Shown in pieces: positions 39,117 to 47,870 of a DNA stretch of 64,000 nucleotides (position 1 is its first letter; each line of letters starts with the position of its first letter). A model generated the notes under the pieces. The model did no database searches. It saw only the letters and a program-made list of their open reading frames with translations, and was not told the DNA's origin. Source of the stretch: Candidatus Limnocylindrales bacterium (GTDB lineage Bacteria; Chloroflexota; Limnocylindria; Limnocylindrales; CSP1-4); contig JBEKPL010000002.1 of assembly GCA_049520815.1 (NCBI GenBank), positions 14,654 through 78,653 on the forward strand. The letters run 5' to 3'. Both the position numbers and the translations under genes were made by a program.

Positions 39117-39868
39117 TGGGACCCGCCGTAGGTGGAAGGCCAGGTCGAGATTTGACGACGTTGAGCGATCTGCGGGTCAAGGTGTTCGCCGATGGCGCGG
39201 ACCTCGCGGGCATGATCGAGATGCGGGCCAACCCGCTGATCCGGGGATTCACGACGAATCCCACCCTCATGCGTAAGTCGGGGGTCTCAGACTACCGAGC
39301 CTTTGCGCGGGCAGTCCTCGCCGCCATCCCGGACCGTCCGATCAGCTTCGAAGTACTGTCCGATGAGTTCGAAGTCATGCATCGACAGGCAGTCGAGCTC
39401 GCAGGCTGGGGCGCGAACGTGTTCGTGAAGATCCCTATCACGGACACGCAAGGGAGATCGAGCGCGGATCTCCTGCGTCGACTGGCTGCGGAGGGCATTC
39501 GAGTCAACGTGACCGCCATCCTGACCCTCGAGCAGGTAGCGGTAGCTGCCGAGGCTGTGTCGGCGTCCCCTGCTGCGGTCATCTCCGTCTTTGCCGGACG
39601 AATCGCGGACACCGGGCGCGATCCCGTGCCGCTGATGGAACGGGCTCTGGAGATCCTGCGGCCGCATCTGAACACCGAACTGCTCTGGGCGAGCCCACGT
39701 GAGCTTCTGAACATCCTCCAGGCGGACGAAATCGGGTGCCACATCATCACGGCCACGACCGACATCCTCAAGAAGCTCGATCTGGTCGGGAAGGATCTTT
39801 CGGAGTTCTCGCTCGAGACGGTGCAGATGTTCGTTCGCGATGCCCAGCTGGCGGGACTCGAACTCTAG
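39116..39868 (+). CDS. Transaldolase-family protein (short Fsa/TalC-like type)
   Basis: Motifs 'VFADGADLAGMIEM..IRGFTTNPTLM' and 'NVFVKIPIT' (Schiff-base Lys context). The start is uncertain; TTG 39152 or 39161 is plausible. Confidence 0.7.
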   Translation: MGPAVGGRPGRDLTTLSDLRVKVFADGADLAGMIEMRANPLIRGFTTNPTLMRKSGVSDYRAFARAVLAAIPDRPISFEVLSDEFEVMHRQAVELAGWGANVFVKIPITDTQGRSSADLLRRLAAEGIRVNVTAILTLEQVAVAAEAVSASPAAVISVFAGRIADTGRDPVPLMERALEILRPHLNTELLWASPRELLNILQADEIGCHIITATTDILKKLDLVGKDLSEFSLETVQMFVRDAQLAGLEL

Positions 39869-41046
39869 ATTGAAGGGTCTCCGAGTTCTCTCGACACCTG
39901 GGAGGCCCATCCAAGTCCGCCCGCGCGCTCGGCCACAACCGTCATCTTGTTACCGAAACGGCCGAGCACCGAGTTGCCGACTCGCCAGGACGATCGAGCC
40001 AACGGGAACAGCCCTCGCCGGCTGAGCAAGCCGAAGGCCCGTCCGGGCTCGTGGCGGTAGTACATCAGATACCGCCCATCGGCCAGCGTCCGAAATCCCA
40101 GTCCCTCGAGCTCAGCGGAGATCTCACCCGGGCGAAGCCGCATGACCACGTTGCCCGACTCCTCCTTATGCAACGCCAGACCGAGCTTCACCGCCAGCCG
40201 GGTTCCGGCGGCCCGTGCGGGCTCCGTGATCGAGACGGCCCTCCCGACCCTCGCCATCTCGGCGATCCCCTTCTCCGGATGCTCGAGGTGGTGGAGGCCA
40301 TCGTGGACGTAAACCAGGTCCACAGCAGCGTCCCCGGCAGGTAGCCGCTCGACGTCGGCAACGATCGAGAGGAGCGGGAACCCGCCACGCCGCGCTCGTT
40401 CACGGGCACGCTTGGCGGCCCCCAGCGAGATGTCGGAGGTTACCACAGCAGCGCCGCACTCCCGGAGGAACTCGGCATCCATACCTGATCCGCCGCACAC
40501 GACCAGTGCGGTCGCGCCGTCGAGTCGTCTTCCCAGCGGCGCCACCGCCCGCCGGAACTTCTCCCGCAGCAGCCACTCGTACAGCGGCGCCGTCCCGTGG
40601 GGGCGCGTCGTCTCGAACTCAGCCGCCGTCTCGCGATCGAAGTGCGCCGCCTGACGATCCTTGTGCTCGTCAGAAGTTCCGTGGCTGTGCCCATGTTCGT
40701 GGTCCAGTTCGTCCTGGTCAGCCGCAGCCCGATCGGCAATCAGAACGGGGATACCGTCCTCGATCGGATATCGCTGTCCGCAGCCATCACAGCTGGCTTC
40801 ATCCGGCCCCCAGGAGAGATGCGAACGGCACGCCGGGCACGAGAGGAGGGATTTCAGGCGCTCTATGTCATCTGGGGATTCGACGTGCGTCGCTCTGCCG
40901 TCTGTTGGCGCGGATATCACGGCGCGCACAGAGCCGGCGTCACTTCCTTCGGCGAGAGGAACGACGGGAGTTCGGCGAGCCAGGGCGAAACCCGCCGGGA
41001 TGTTGGGTAGACGGTGCGTGGTCCCAAAGCCCGCAGAATGTAGCAC
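39865..41046 (-). CDS. Zn-ribbon (Trm112-like) plus SAM-dependent methyltransferase, paralogue of the C-terminal half of 26186-28402
   Basis: 'CPACRSHL..CDGCGQRYPIEDGIPVL' and 'LVVCGGSGMDAEFL..VYVHDGLHHLEHP'. The C-terminal 'GRFGNKMTVVAER' is shared with the fusion protein. The start may be internal. Confidence 0.8.
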   Translation of the reverse strand: MLHSAGFGTTHRLPNIPAGFALARRTPVVPLAEGSDAGSVRAVISAPTDGRATHVESPDDIERLKSLLSCPACRSHLSWGPDEASCDGCGQRYPIEDGIPVLIADRAAADQDELDHEHGHSHGTSDEHKDRQAAHFDRETAAEFETTRPHGTAPLYEWLLREKFRRAVAPLGRRLDGATALVVCGGSGMDAEFLRECGAAVVTSDISLGAAKRARERARRGGFPLLSIVADVERLPAGDAAVDLVYVHDGLHHLEHPEKGIAEMARVGRAVSITEPARAAGTRLAVKLGLALHKEESGNVVMRLRPGEISAELEGLGFRTLADGRYLMYYRHEPGRAFGLLSRRGLFPLARSSWRVGNSVLGRFGNKMTVVAERAGGLGWASQVSRELGDPSI

Positions 41047-41181
41047 GACAGACGACGCGTCGTCCCGGTCCCCGCGAGCTTCGCCAGGACCATCCCGCCA
41101 CCCCTGAGAGGCACTCCCGGAGGCGCTGGCGGTAGGCCGTTGCCGCTATTCTGACTCGAGCCCGACGCTTGGAGACGCATC

Positions 41182-42381
41182 GTGATCGAACGCATCAGGG
41201 CTGGACTCGAACGCACCCGGACCAGGATCAGACCCATCTGGATCGGCCACCGTAAGCTAACGATCGCCGTTGGCGCGATCGCGATCGTGGCGATCGTCGG
41301 CACTGGGCTGCTGGTATGGCTCAGACCGGCGCAGGCGTCTCCAGCGGCTAGCCCTTCGTCGTCGCCGTCCCCGACCGCCTCTCCTACCCCGTCTCCTACC
41401 GCCTCACCAACGGCCTCACCGACCCCTTCACCCTCTCCCACCGAAGCGGGCCCCACGGATCTGCCCAGCGGATGGGAGTACAGCGATCTTGACGGAGTGG
41501 CGGCTCCGGCCAACCTCGCCCACCGCCTGCCGTTGGCGATCTCGATCGGCGACAACGCCATCGCCCGACCGCAGTCGGGCTTCTCTTCGGCCTCGATCGT
41601 CTACCAGTCGTATGAGGAATACGGCGAAGACCGCTACATGATGATCTTCCAGGAAGGAACCGCATCCGATATCGGCGGCATGCGGAGCGGTCGACCCTAC
41701 TTCGTGCGGTGGGCAGCCGAGTACAAGGCGCTGTACGGCCATGACGGGGGCGACACCAAGGTTCGCAGGGTGACGATCCCCGCGATGGCCAGCTACTTCT
41801 ACAACATGGACCCTGGCGCCGGCGGAGCTTGCCCCTACCACCGCATCACGACCAGAGTGGCTCCCCACAACGAGTACACGAACACGGCGGACCTCATCCG
41901 CTGCGCGGCGAGCAAGGGCTACCCGGCGACTTACCAGGGCCCACCCTCCCGACCCTTCGTCGCCGACATCCCGGCGGCCGAACGGCCCGAGACCGAGGCG
42001 GTCTTCGTCCCCTATCGCACCGTCTCCGTGAGTTACCAGTACTACCCGGAGAACGACTCGTACGTTCGCATCCTCGACGGGAAGCTTCAGATCGATCCGG
42101 CCAACAACCAGCAAGTGATCGCCCGCAACATCGTCGTCATGTTCCAGACGGTCACCAACGACTACATGGACTACAACATACAGAGAATCGCCATCGGCAA
42201 TGTCGGCTCGGGCAAGGCCATCGTCTTCAAGGAAGGCAAGGCGACCACCGGCACCTGGAAGAAGGATTCGGACTCGGCCCTGACCCACTATTACGACGAC
42301 TCGGGCAGGGAGATCCCGTTCGTTCGCGGCGAGATCTTCATACAGAGCGTCCCGCCCGGAACGGCCGTCACCTACAAATAG
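41182..42381 (+). CDS. DUF3048 (YerB-like) membrane-anchored protein, paralogue 2
   Basis: 'PLAISIGDNAIARPQSGFSSASIVYQ..GEDRYMMIFQ..RSGRPYFVRWAAEY'. The C-terminal 'GSGKAIVFKEGKATTGTWKK..IPFVRGEIFIQSVPPGTAVTYK' is nearly identical to paralogue 1. Confidence 0.8.
   Translation: MIERIRAGLERTRTRIRPIWIGHRKLTIAVGAIAIVAIVGTGLLVWLRPAQASPAASPSSSPSPTASPTPSPTASPTASPTPSPSPTEAGPTDLPSGWEYSDLDGVAAPANLAHRLPLAISIGDNAIARPQSGFSSASIVYQSYEEYGEDRYMMIFQEGTASDIGGMRSGRPYFVRWAAEYKALYGHDGGDTKVRRVTIPAMASYFYNMDPGAGGACPYHRITTRVAPHNEYTNTADLIRCAASKGYPATYQGPPSRPFVADIPAAERPETEAVFVPYRTVSVSYQYYPENDSYVRILDGKLQIDPANNQQVIARNIVVMFQTVTNDYMDYNIQRIAIGNVGSGKAIVFKEGKATTGTWKKDSDSALTHYYDDSGREIPFVRGEIFIQSVPPGTAVTYK
41347..41443 (+). repeat. 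Ser/Pro/Thr/Ala-rich low-complexity coding repeat (linker of DUF3048 paralogue 2)
   Basis: It encodes 'SPSSSPSPTASPTPSPTASPTASPTPSPSPT'. Confidence 0.8.
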
Positions 42382-42393
42382 GCACCCGCCGGG

Positions 42394-43905
42394 TCACGCC
42401 TGGCAGGCCGCCGGCACGACCCCCGGGAGCCCGTAGTAGCTGCTCTCCGAGCCGAACAACGCCACCGACAGGTTGGCGACCAGCGCCATGTCCAGCCGGC
42501 TGGTCCACGTCCCGCCCGTGGTGGACGTGTCCGGATGGTAGCTGTAGGGCGGACCAAGCACGCAGTTGGATATCGAGGTCACGTGCTGGGCGGCCGACAC
42601 GTAGTCGCGGGCGGTCGCGAGCGGAAAGTCCGTGGCGACGACCTTGCCGGCCAGCGAGATAAGGTTGCCCACATTCGGCAGGATGGACGGACTCGCCACC
42701 TTCCGCTCCAGAGCCACGAGCAGGGCCTGCTGGCGAGCTGCTCGCTGGTAATCACTGCCGCCCGCTCCTTCACGAGAGCGGACGTACAGCATGGCCAAAG
42801 AGCCGTTGAGGTGGACGCGGCCGACGCCCATCTCTATTCCGGTCGACGGGTCGTCGATCGCCCGCTCGTTGTAGATGTCCACGCCCCCGATCGCGTTGAT
42901 CATGCTGGCGAGGCCTCCCAGGTCGAGTGCGGCGTAGTAGTCGATGGGCAGGCCGACCAGGAAACTGACCTCCTTCTTCAGGGTGATCATCGGCGGATCC
43001 GGAGACTTGTAGTAGCCGTTGATCAGCTTGTTGACCAGCTCATTGAGCTTCAACCCGGACTCGGCCCAGCCGCCGTAGTACAGGTCGAAGGCGGAGGTGT
43101 CGCGGGGCACGCTGATCATGGTCACCTTGCCCGTCCCGGTGTCCATGCTCACAACCATCATGGTATCCGTGATGGCGTTTTGGAAGGCTCGGCCGGGCAT
43201 GTTGTCCAGGCCCACGACCAGGAAGGTGATCCGATTGGGATTCTTCGTTCGAGCGGGCGTAGGGTCGGCGCTCCGCTCGACGGTGGCTGCGGGATGGAAC
43301 GCCGACAGGTCGAGCGGCGTGGGAATCGGGGTGGCGGTGGGGCTGGGGCTGGGGGAGGACGAGGTGCCCGCAGCGAAGATGTTGTTGTTGGCCGCGATGT
43401 CGAGATCCGCCTGATGTACGAGCCATGCGTCGGCGGCCACGTAGGTGTGCATCCCGACGATGGCCACGAGGAGGGCGGCAACGACACCCGCCTCCAGGGG
43501 GCGGAAGCGGAAGCGCCGGGCCCGCGGCGCGGAGAGGAAGGCGTGGGCGGTCGACGCGACGCGCAAGGCCCCGGCCAGGACGACGAGAACGGCCACGGTC
43601 AGGGCATAGCTCTCGTCGAGCATGCTCGCGCCAACCCACCACAGCCCGTGGGTGAGCTGGACCACGACCCACACCGTCAGAACCAGGGCTGGCAGAGCGA
43701 AGATGGCGGCCCAGGCCCGGCGACCCAGGAACAGCTGGCCCAGGCCCGGCCAGAGGAAGGACAGAGCGGCCGCGATCAGGGGCGAGCGACGACGTACCGC
43801 CGGCTCAGCGGTGGAGTCGGGCTCGTGGGCGGAGCCGGGCTCGCCGGCCACCGGCTCAGCGCCGAAGCCGGCCTCCTCTGCGGTGTCTCGAGTCTCGTTC
43901 CCCAT
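42394..43905 (-). CDS. LCP (LytR-CpsA-Psr) family glycopolymer-to-peptidoglycan ligase
   Basis: N-terminal TM helices followed by 'RITFLVVGLDNMPGR..TDTMMVVSMDTGTGKVTMISVPRDT'. Confidence 0.85.
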   Translation of the reverse strand: MGNETRDTAEEAGFGAEPVAGEPGSAHEPDSTAEPAVRRRSPLIAAALSFLWPGLGQLFLGRRAWAAIFALPALVLTVWVVVQLTHGLWWVGASMLDESYALTVAVLVVLAGALRVASTAHAFLSAPRARRFRFRPLEAGVVAALLVAIVGMHTYVAADAWLVHQADLDIAANNNIFAAGTSSSPSPSPTATPIPTPLDLSAFHPAATVERSADPTPARTKNPNRITFLVVGLDNMPGRAFQNAITDTMMVVSMDTGTGKVTMISVPRDTSAFDLYYGGWAESGLKLNELVNKLINGYYKSPDPPMITLKKEVSFLVGLPIDYYAALDLGGLASMINAIGGVDIYNERAIDDPSTGIEMGVGRVHLNGSLAMLYVRSREGAGGSDYQRAARQQALLVALERKVASPSILPNVGNLISLAGKVVATDFPLATARDYVSAAQHVTSISNCVLGPPYSYHPDTSTTGGTWTSRLDMALVANLSVALFGSESSYYGLPGVVPAACQA

Positions 43906-43981
43906 TTGGATCCAAGTCTAGGGCCGTCGACGCGGCCCGCGTGGCCCGCCATGCCGGGTCTTCGCAGTGGCAGTCGCGCCG

Positions 43982-44731
43982 CTACTGCATCACCAGGCCG
44001 CCGTCGACCGCCAGAACCTGGCCGGTGATGTAGCTCGCCTCATCGGAAGCGAGGAAGGTGACCGTCGCAGCTATCTCCTCGGGCGTCCCGAAGCGTCCAA
44101 GCGGGGTCGCTGCCTTGATCTGGTCGGTCAGGGCCGCGGGCAGGTCCTTGGTCAGCTCGGTCACGACGAAACCGGGAGCCACGGCGTTGCAGGTGATGCC
44201 GCGCGAGGCCACCTCGCGGGCCGTCGCCTTGGTCAGGCCGATCAGGCCGGCCTTGGACGACGAGTAGTTGGCCTGGCCCATCTGGCCGGCCTGGCCCGAA
44301 ACGCTGGACATGTTGATGATCCGGCCGGCATGGGCCTTGAGCATCGGGCGGACGGCGGCCTTGATCATGTAGAAGGCGCCGAAGAGATTGACCTCCAGGA
44401 CCTTGCGCCAGTCGTCGATGGGCATCCGCATGATCAGGTCGTCGCGGGTGATGCCGGCGTTGTTGACCAGGATGTCGATCTTGCCGAAGGCACCGACAAC
44501 CGTCGCGACGGCCTTCACGCAGGCATCGGGGTCCGTCACGTCCGCGGCGATGTAGATGGCTCGACGGCCGAGGGCTTTGATCTCGGCGACTGTCGCCTCG
44601 GCCACTTCCGGACGGCCGATGTCGACGAAGGCGACGTCGGCGCCCTGGCGGGCGAGGTTCAGGCAGATGGCCTTGCCGAGACCTCGTGCGCCGCCCGTGA
44701 CGAGCGCGGATTTGCCGGTCAGGTCGATCAT
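43982..44731 (-). CDS. fabG: 3-oxoacyl-[ACP] reductase
   Basis: Motifs 'GKSALVTGGARGLGKAI', 'NNAG' and 'YSSSKAG'. ATG 44731 is preceded by GAAGGGAG. The ORF extension to 44983 is rejected. Confidence 0.9.
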   Translation of the reverse strand: MIDLTGKSALVTGGARGLGKAICLNLARQGADVAFVDIGRPEVAEATVAEIKALGRRAIYIAADVTDPDACVKAVATVVGAFGKIDILVNNAGITRDDLIMRMPIDDWRKVLEVNLFGAFYMIKAAVRPMLKAHAGRIINMSSVSGQAGQMGQANYSSSKAGLIGLTKATAREVASRGITCNAVAPGFVVTELTKDLPAALTDQIKAATPLGRFGTPEEIAATVTFLASDEASYITGQVLAVDGGLVMQ

Positions 44732-44798
44732 GATTGGCTCCCTTCTGCTCGAATTCCGGTCCGGCTGGTTCGAGCCCCCTCCAGCGTGGGCCTCTACC

Positions 44799-46049
44799 TC
44801 ATCGCTTGGGCCGGGTAGCGGCGGCGCCGCTGCCGGCGCCGGAGACCGCTGCGTCGGAGATCGTCGTGGTTGAGCGGGCGTCCAGCCTGGGGCGGCGGCC
44901 GTTGCCGGCCGCGTTGCCGGCGGCCTTCGCAGGCTCTTCGAGGAGCCACTCCAGGGCCGGTGGGAACGGATTGGCCGGCTCAATGCCGGGGTCCAAGATG
45001 CGGATATCCTGCGGTCGAATGTGCTCCGAGCGCAGACGATCTGCAGGGTCGGCGGTCCACTCCAGCGCCACGGCGCCGGCGGTGCCGCCCGCGCCGAATG
45101 CGACGAGCACGACTCGGTCGCCCTTGTGGATGCGCCCTTCCGCCACAGCTTCAGACAGGGCGATCGGAACCGATGCGGCGGAGGTGTTGCCGTAGCGGTC
45201 GATGTTCAGGAGGACCTTCTCCATCGGGAAACCGAGCGCTTTGGCGGTCGCCTCGATGATTCGGGAGTTGGCCTGGTGCGGCACGACGAGATCGACGTCT
45301 TCGAGAGCCAGACCGGCGTTCTCCAGAGCTCGAAGGGTAGTCGCGGTCAGCTTCCGCACCGCCAGCTTGAAGGTCTCCCCGCCCTTCATGCGCATGTAGT
45401 GCTCGCGAGCGGCGACCGTCTCGACCGTACTGGGACGGGCCGAAGCTCCACCCGGGATCCAGATCGAGTACGTGGCGGCAGTGTCAGTGGTCATCTCGAT
45501 GCCGAGGGTTCCGCCAGGCTCATCCGACGCCGAGAGCACGGTCGCACCGGCGCCGTCGCCGAAGAGAACGCAGGTGGCGCGATCGGCGAAGTCGGTACAA
45601 CGGCTCATCGTCTCCGAGCCGATGACCAGCGCATGCTTGCCCAGCCCACTGGCGAGATAGGCGTGGGCCATGGCATGACCGAAGACGTAGCCCGAGCAGG
45701 CCGCTGCCAGATCCATGGCTGCGGCCCGGGTGTTGCCAATGGCCTGCTTGACCAGCACCGCGGCCGAGGGAAGCGGGTAGTCCGGAGTGAGCGTGCCTAC
45801 GAGGATCAGGTCGATGTCGTCGGGTTGCAGACCGGCAGTGGCGATGGCCCGCAGGCCCGCTATTGCGCCCATGCTGGCTGTGGTCTCGTCGGGACCGGCG
45901 ATGCGGCGCTCGCGAATGCCGGTGCGACTGGCGATCCACTCGTCGGAGGTCTCGACCATCTTCTCGAGATCGGCGTTGCTCAGAACGTAGCGAGGGGTGT
46001 AGGCACCCCACCCGGTCACGCGTACACCGAACGTTGAACGCGACATCAC
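44799..46049 (-). CDS. fabH: 3-oxoacyl-[ACP] synthase III with a ~90-aa C-terminal extension
   Basis: Motifs 'AAACSGYVFG' (Cys), 'PHQANSRII' and 'GNTSAASVP'. The canonical end is at '..AVALEW', and 88 more residues follow it. Confidence 0.88.
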   Translation of the reverse strand: MMSRSTFGVRVTGWGAYTPRYVLSNADLEKMVETSDEWIASRTGIRERRIAGPDETTASMGAIAGLRAIATAGLQPDDIDLILVGTLTPDYPLPSAAVLVKQAIGNTRAAAMDLAAACSGYVFGHAMAHAYLASGLGKHALVIGSETMSRCTDFADRATCVLFGDGAGATVLSASDEPGGTLGIEMTTDTAATYSIWIPGGASARPSTVETVAAREHYMRMKGGETFKLAVRKLTATTLRALENAGLALEDVDLVVPHQANSRIIEATAKALGFPMEKVLLNIDRYGNTSAASVPIALSEAVAEGRIHKGDRVVLVAFGAGGTAGAVALEWTADPADRLRSEHIRPQDIRILDPGIEPANPFPPALEWLLEEPAKAAGNAAGNGRRPRLDARSTTTISDAAVSGAGSGAAATRPKR

Positions 46050-46594
46050 GGTTCGACCTCAATCAGCGGCTGCTTCGCCTTGACCAGCTTTCCTGACTCG
46101 GCGACCACGCGCACGACTCTCCCAGCCTGGTCCGACTTGATCTCGTTGAATAGCTTCATGGCCTCGATCAGGCCGATGACGTCCCCCACCTTGACGTGCT
46201 GTCCGACGCCGGTGTAAGGCGGCGAGGCCGGTGTCGGAGCCGCATAGAAGATGCCCGTCAGCGGCGCCTTCACTACCTTCACCGTCGAAACCGGAGCGGG
46301 GTCGGCCTGAGGGGCCGCCGCCGCGCCGCCGGCCGGATCCGCGCCCGCGGCGGGAGTCACGGCAACGGCCGCTGCCGACGGCGCCAGCGCCGCGGGCTTG
46401 CGCAGGACGATGCCCGTCTCGCCGGCCTCGACTTCCAGCTCGACCAGATCGCTCCGCTCCAGGAGTGCGCCGAGCCGATCGACCAGGCCCAGCAACGCTA
46501 CGGTCTCCTCGGACATGACCGGCTCGCCGGCCTCGGTTCTCTCGGGGTTCGCCCCTGTAGGCAGGCCGGGCGCTTCGTCGTGGCGCTCGCTCAT
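46046..46594 (-). CDS. accB: Biotin carboxyl carrier protein (bona fide, with the EAMK biotinylation motif)
   Basis: Motif 'VGDVIGLIEAMKLFNEIKSD'. ATG 46594 is preceded by GAGGGAGGG. Its stop overlaps the fabH start. Confidence 0.9.
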   Translation of the reverse strand: MSERHDEAPGLPTGANPERTEAGEPVMSEETVALLGLVDRLGALLERSDLVELEVEAGETGIVLRKPAALAPSAAAVAVTPAAGADPAGGAAAAPQADPAPVSTVKVVKAPLTGIFYAAPTPASPPYTGVGQHVKVGDVIGLIEAMKLFNEIKSDQAGRVVRVVAESGKLVKAKQPLIEVEP

Positions 46595-46604
46595 CGTCCC
46601 TCCC

Positions 46605-47870
46605 TCACTCGGCCCAGCGCCGGAAGACCAGGGCGCTGTTCTGGCCGCCGAAGCCGAAGGAATTCGAGACCGCGACATCCATTGCCCGGCGGCGGGCGTG
46701 GTTCGGCGTCAGATCCAGCCCGGCCGCGGCTTCGTCGGGATCGTCGAGGTTGATCGTCGGCGGCACGATCCCGGTTCGAATGCTCATGATCGTGGCGATG
46801 GCCTCGATGGCGCCTGCCGCGCCCATGGTGTGGCCGAACAAGCTCTTGTTGGCGGTCACGCTCACCTGACCGGCCCGCTCGCCGAAGAGCGTCCTGATGG
46901 CTTCGAGCTCGCGCGGATCGCCCTCCGGCGTAGACGTGGCATGGGCGTTCACCATATCCACATCATCTACCGTGAGGCCCGCCTTCTCCAGGGCGCAGCG
47001 AATGGCCCGGACCGCACCCGCGCCCCCAGGCGCCGGGAGAGTGATGTGCGAGGCGTCGGCAGTGGCTCCGTAGCCCACCATCTCCGCCAGCGGCTCCGCC
47101 CCGCGGGCTCGAGCATGATCGAGCGACTCCAGCACCACCACACCGGCGCCTTCGCCGATGACGAAGCCATCACGGCCGCGGTCGAAGGGGCGCGAGGCGC
47201 GCTCGGGCTCGTCGTTGCGAGTGGACAGGGCCCGCATCGCCGCGAACGCACCTATCAGCGCCTCGTGTCCGGGGGCTTCGGCGCCGCCGGCCAGCATCAC
47301 GTCCGCGTCGCCGCGGCGGATGATCTCCCAGGCCTCGCCGATGGCGTGACCGCCTGTCGAGCAGGCGGAGACGACGCTGAAGTTGGGGCCCTGCGGCCCA
47401 AAGACGATGGCGATCACGCCCGCGGCCAGGTTGCTGATGGCCATCGGGATGAGGAAGGGGGACATTCGATCCGGCCCCTTCTCGGCCATGAGCAGGACCT
47501 GGTCGGCCAGGGTTCGAATGCCTCCGATGCCGGTCCCGACCACGACGCCGGTCCGCTCAGCCTCCAGACCCTCGAGTCGCGCTGGGAGCCCGGCCTGGTC
47601 CATTGCCTGGCGGGCCGCCACGAGCGCTAACTGGACGTACCGATCGTTGCGTCGCTGGTCCTTGCGGTCGAGGACCGCGGAGGGGTCGAAATCCTTGACC
47701 TCGGCGGCGATGCGCGTGGTCAGACGCGACGGGTCGAACTGCGTGATCGGGCCGACGCCGGATCGGCCGGCTACCATCGCCTCCCAGGTGGACGGAAGGT
47801 CGAGTCCGAGCGAGGTTACCGCACCCATTCCGGTGACGACGACGCGAGGCTGGCCGTTGGTCGGACTCAT
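46605..47870 (-). CDS. fabF: 3-oxoacyl-[ACP] synthase II
   Basis: Motifs 'RVVVTGMGAVTSLG', 'ACSTGGHAIGEA', 'HATSTPEGD' and 'GHTMGAAG'. ATG 47870 forms an ATGA overlap with the upstream stop. Confidence 0.92.
   Translation of the reverse strand: MSPTNGQPRVVVTGMGAVTSLGLDLPSTWEAMVAGRSGVGPITQFDPSRLTTRIAAEVKDFDPSAVLDRKDQRRNDRYVQLALVAARQAMDQAGLPARLEGLEAERTGVVVGTGIGGIRTLADQVLLMAEKGPDRMSPFLIPMAISNLAAGVIAIVFGPQGPNFSVVSACSTGGHAIGEAWEIIRRGDADVMLAGGAEAPGHEALIGAFAAMRALSTRNDEPERASRPFDRGRDGFVIGEGAGVVVLESLDHARARGAEPLAEMVGYGATADASHITLPAPGGAGAVRAIRCALEKAGLTVDDVDMVNAHATSTPEGDPRELEAIRTLFGERAGQVSVTANKSLFGHTMGAAGAIEAIATIMSIRTGIVPPTINLDDPDEAAAGLDLTPNHARRRAMDVAVSNSFGFGGQNSALVFRRWAE

Noticed and set aside
40053-40060. 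An ops/JUMPstart-like octamer GGCGGTAG.
   Set aside because: It is a single 8-mer inside a coding region and on the non-transcribed strand of that gene. RfaH/ops is a proteobacterial feature, so a chance occurrence is likely.
42535-44028. A 497-aa plus-strand ORF.
   Set aside because: It is antisense to the well-supported LCP-family gene. This is a typical high-GC shadow ORF.
44732-45062. A hidden acpP in the fabH-fabG gap or extension region.
   Set aside because: None of the three minus-strand frames encodes an ACP-like 'DSL' phosphopantetheine site or a ~80-aa acidic helix bundle.
46398-47630. A 410-aa plus-strand ORF. The similar shadow ORFs 60231-61538(+), 61975-63240(-), 9831-10811(+), 14344-15600(-) and 3609-4535(+) belong in the same class.
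   Set aside because: Each overlaps, antisense or out of frame, a gene with strong family motifs (fabF, thrC, hom, GT4, membrane protein, GT4). They have no motifs of their own and a biased Arg/Pro/Gly composition.
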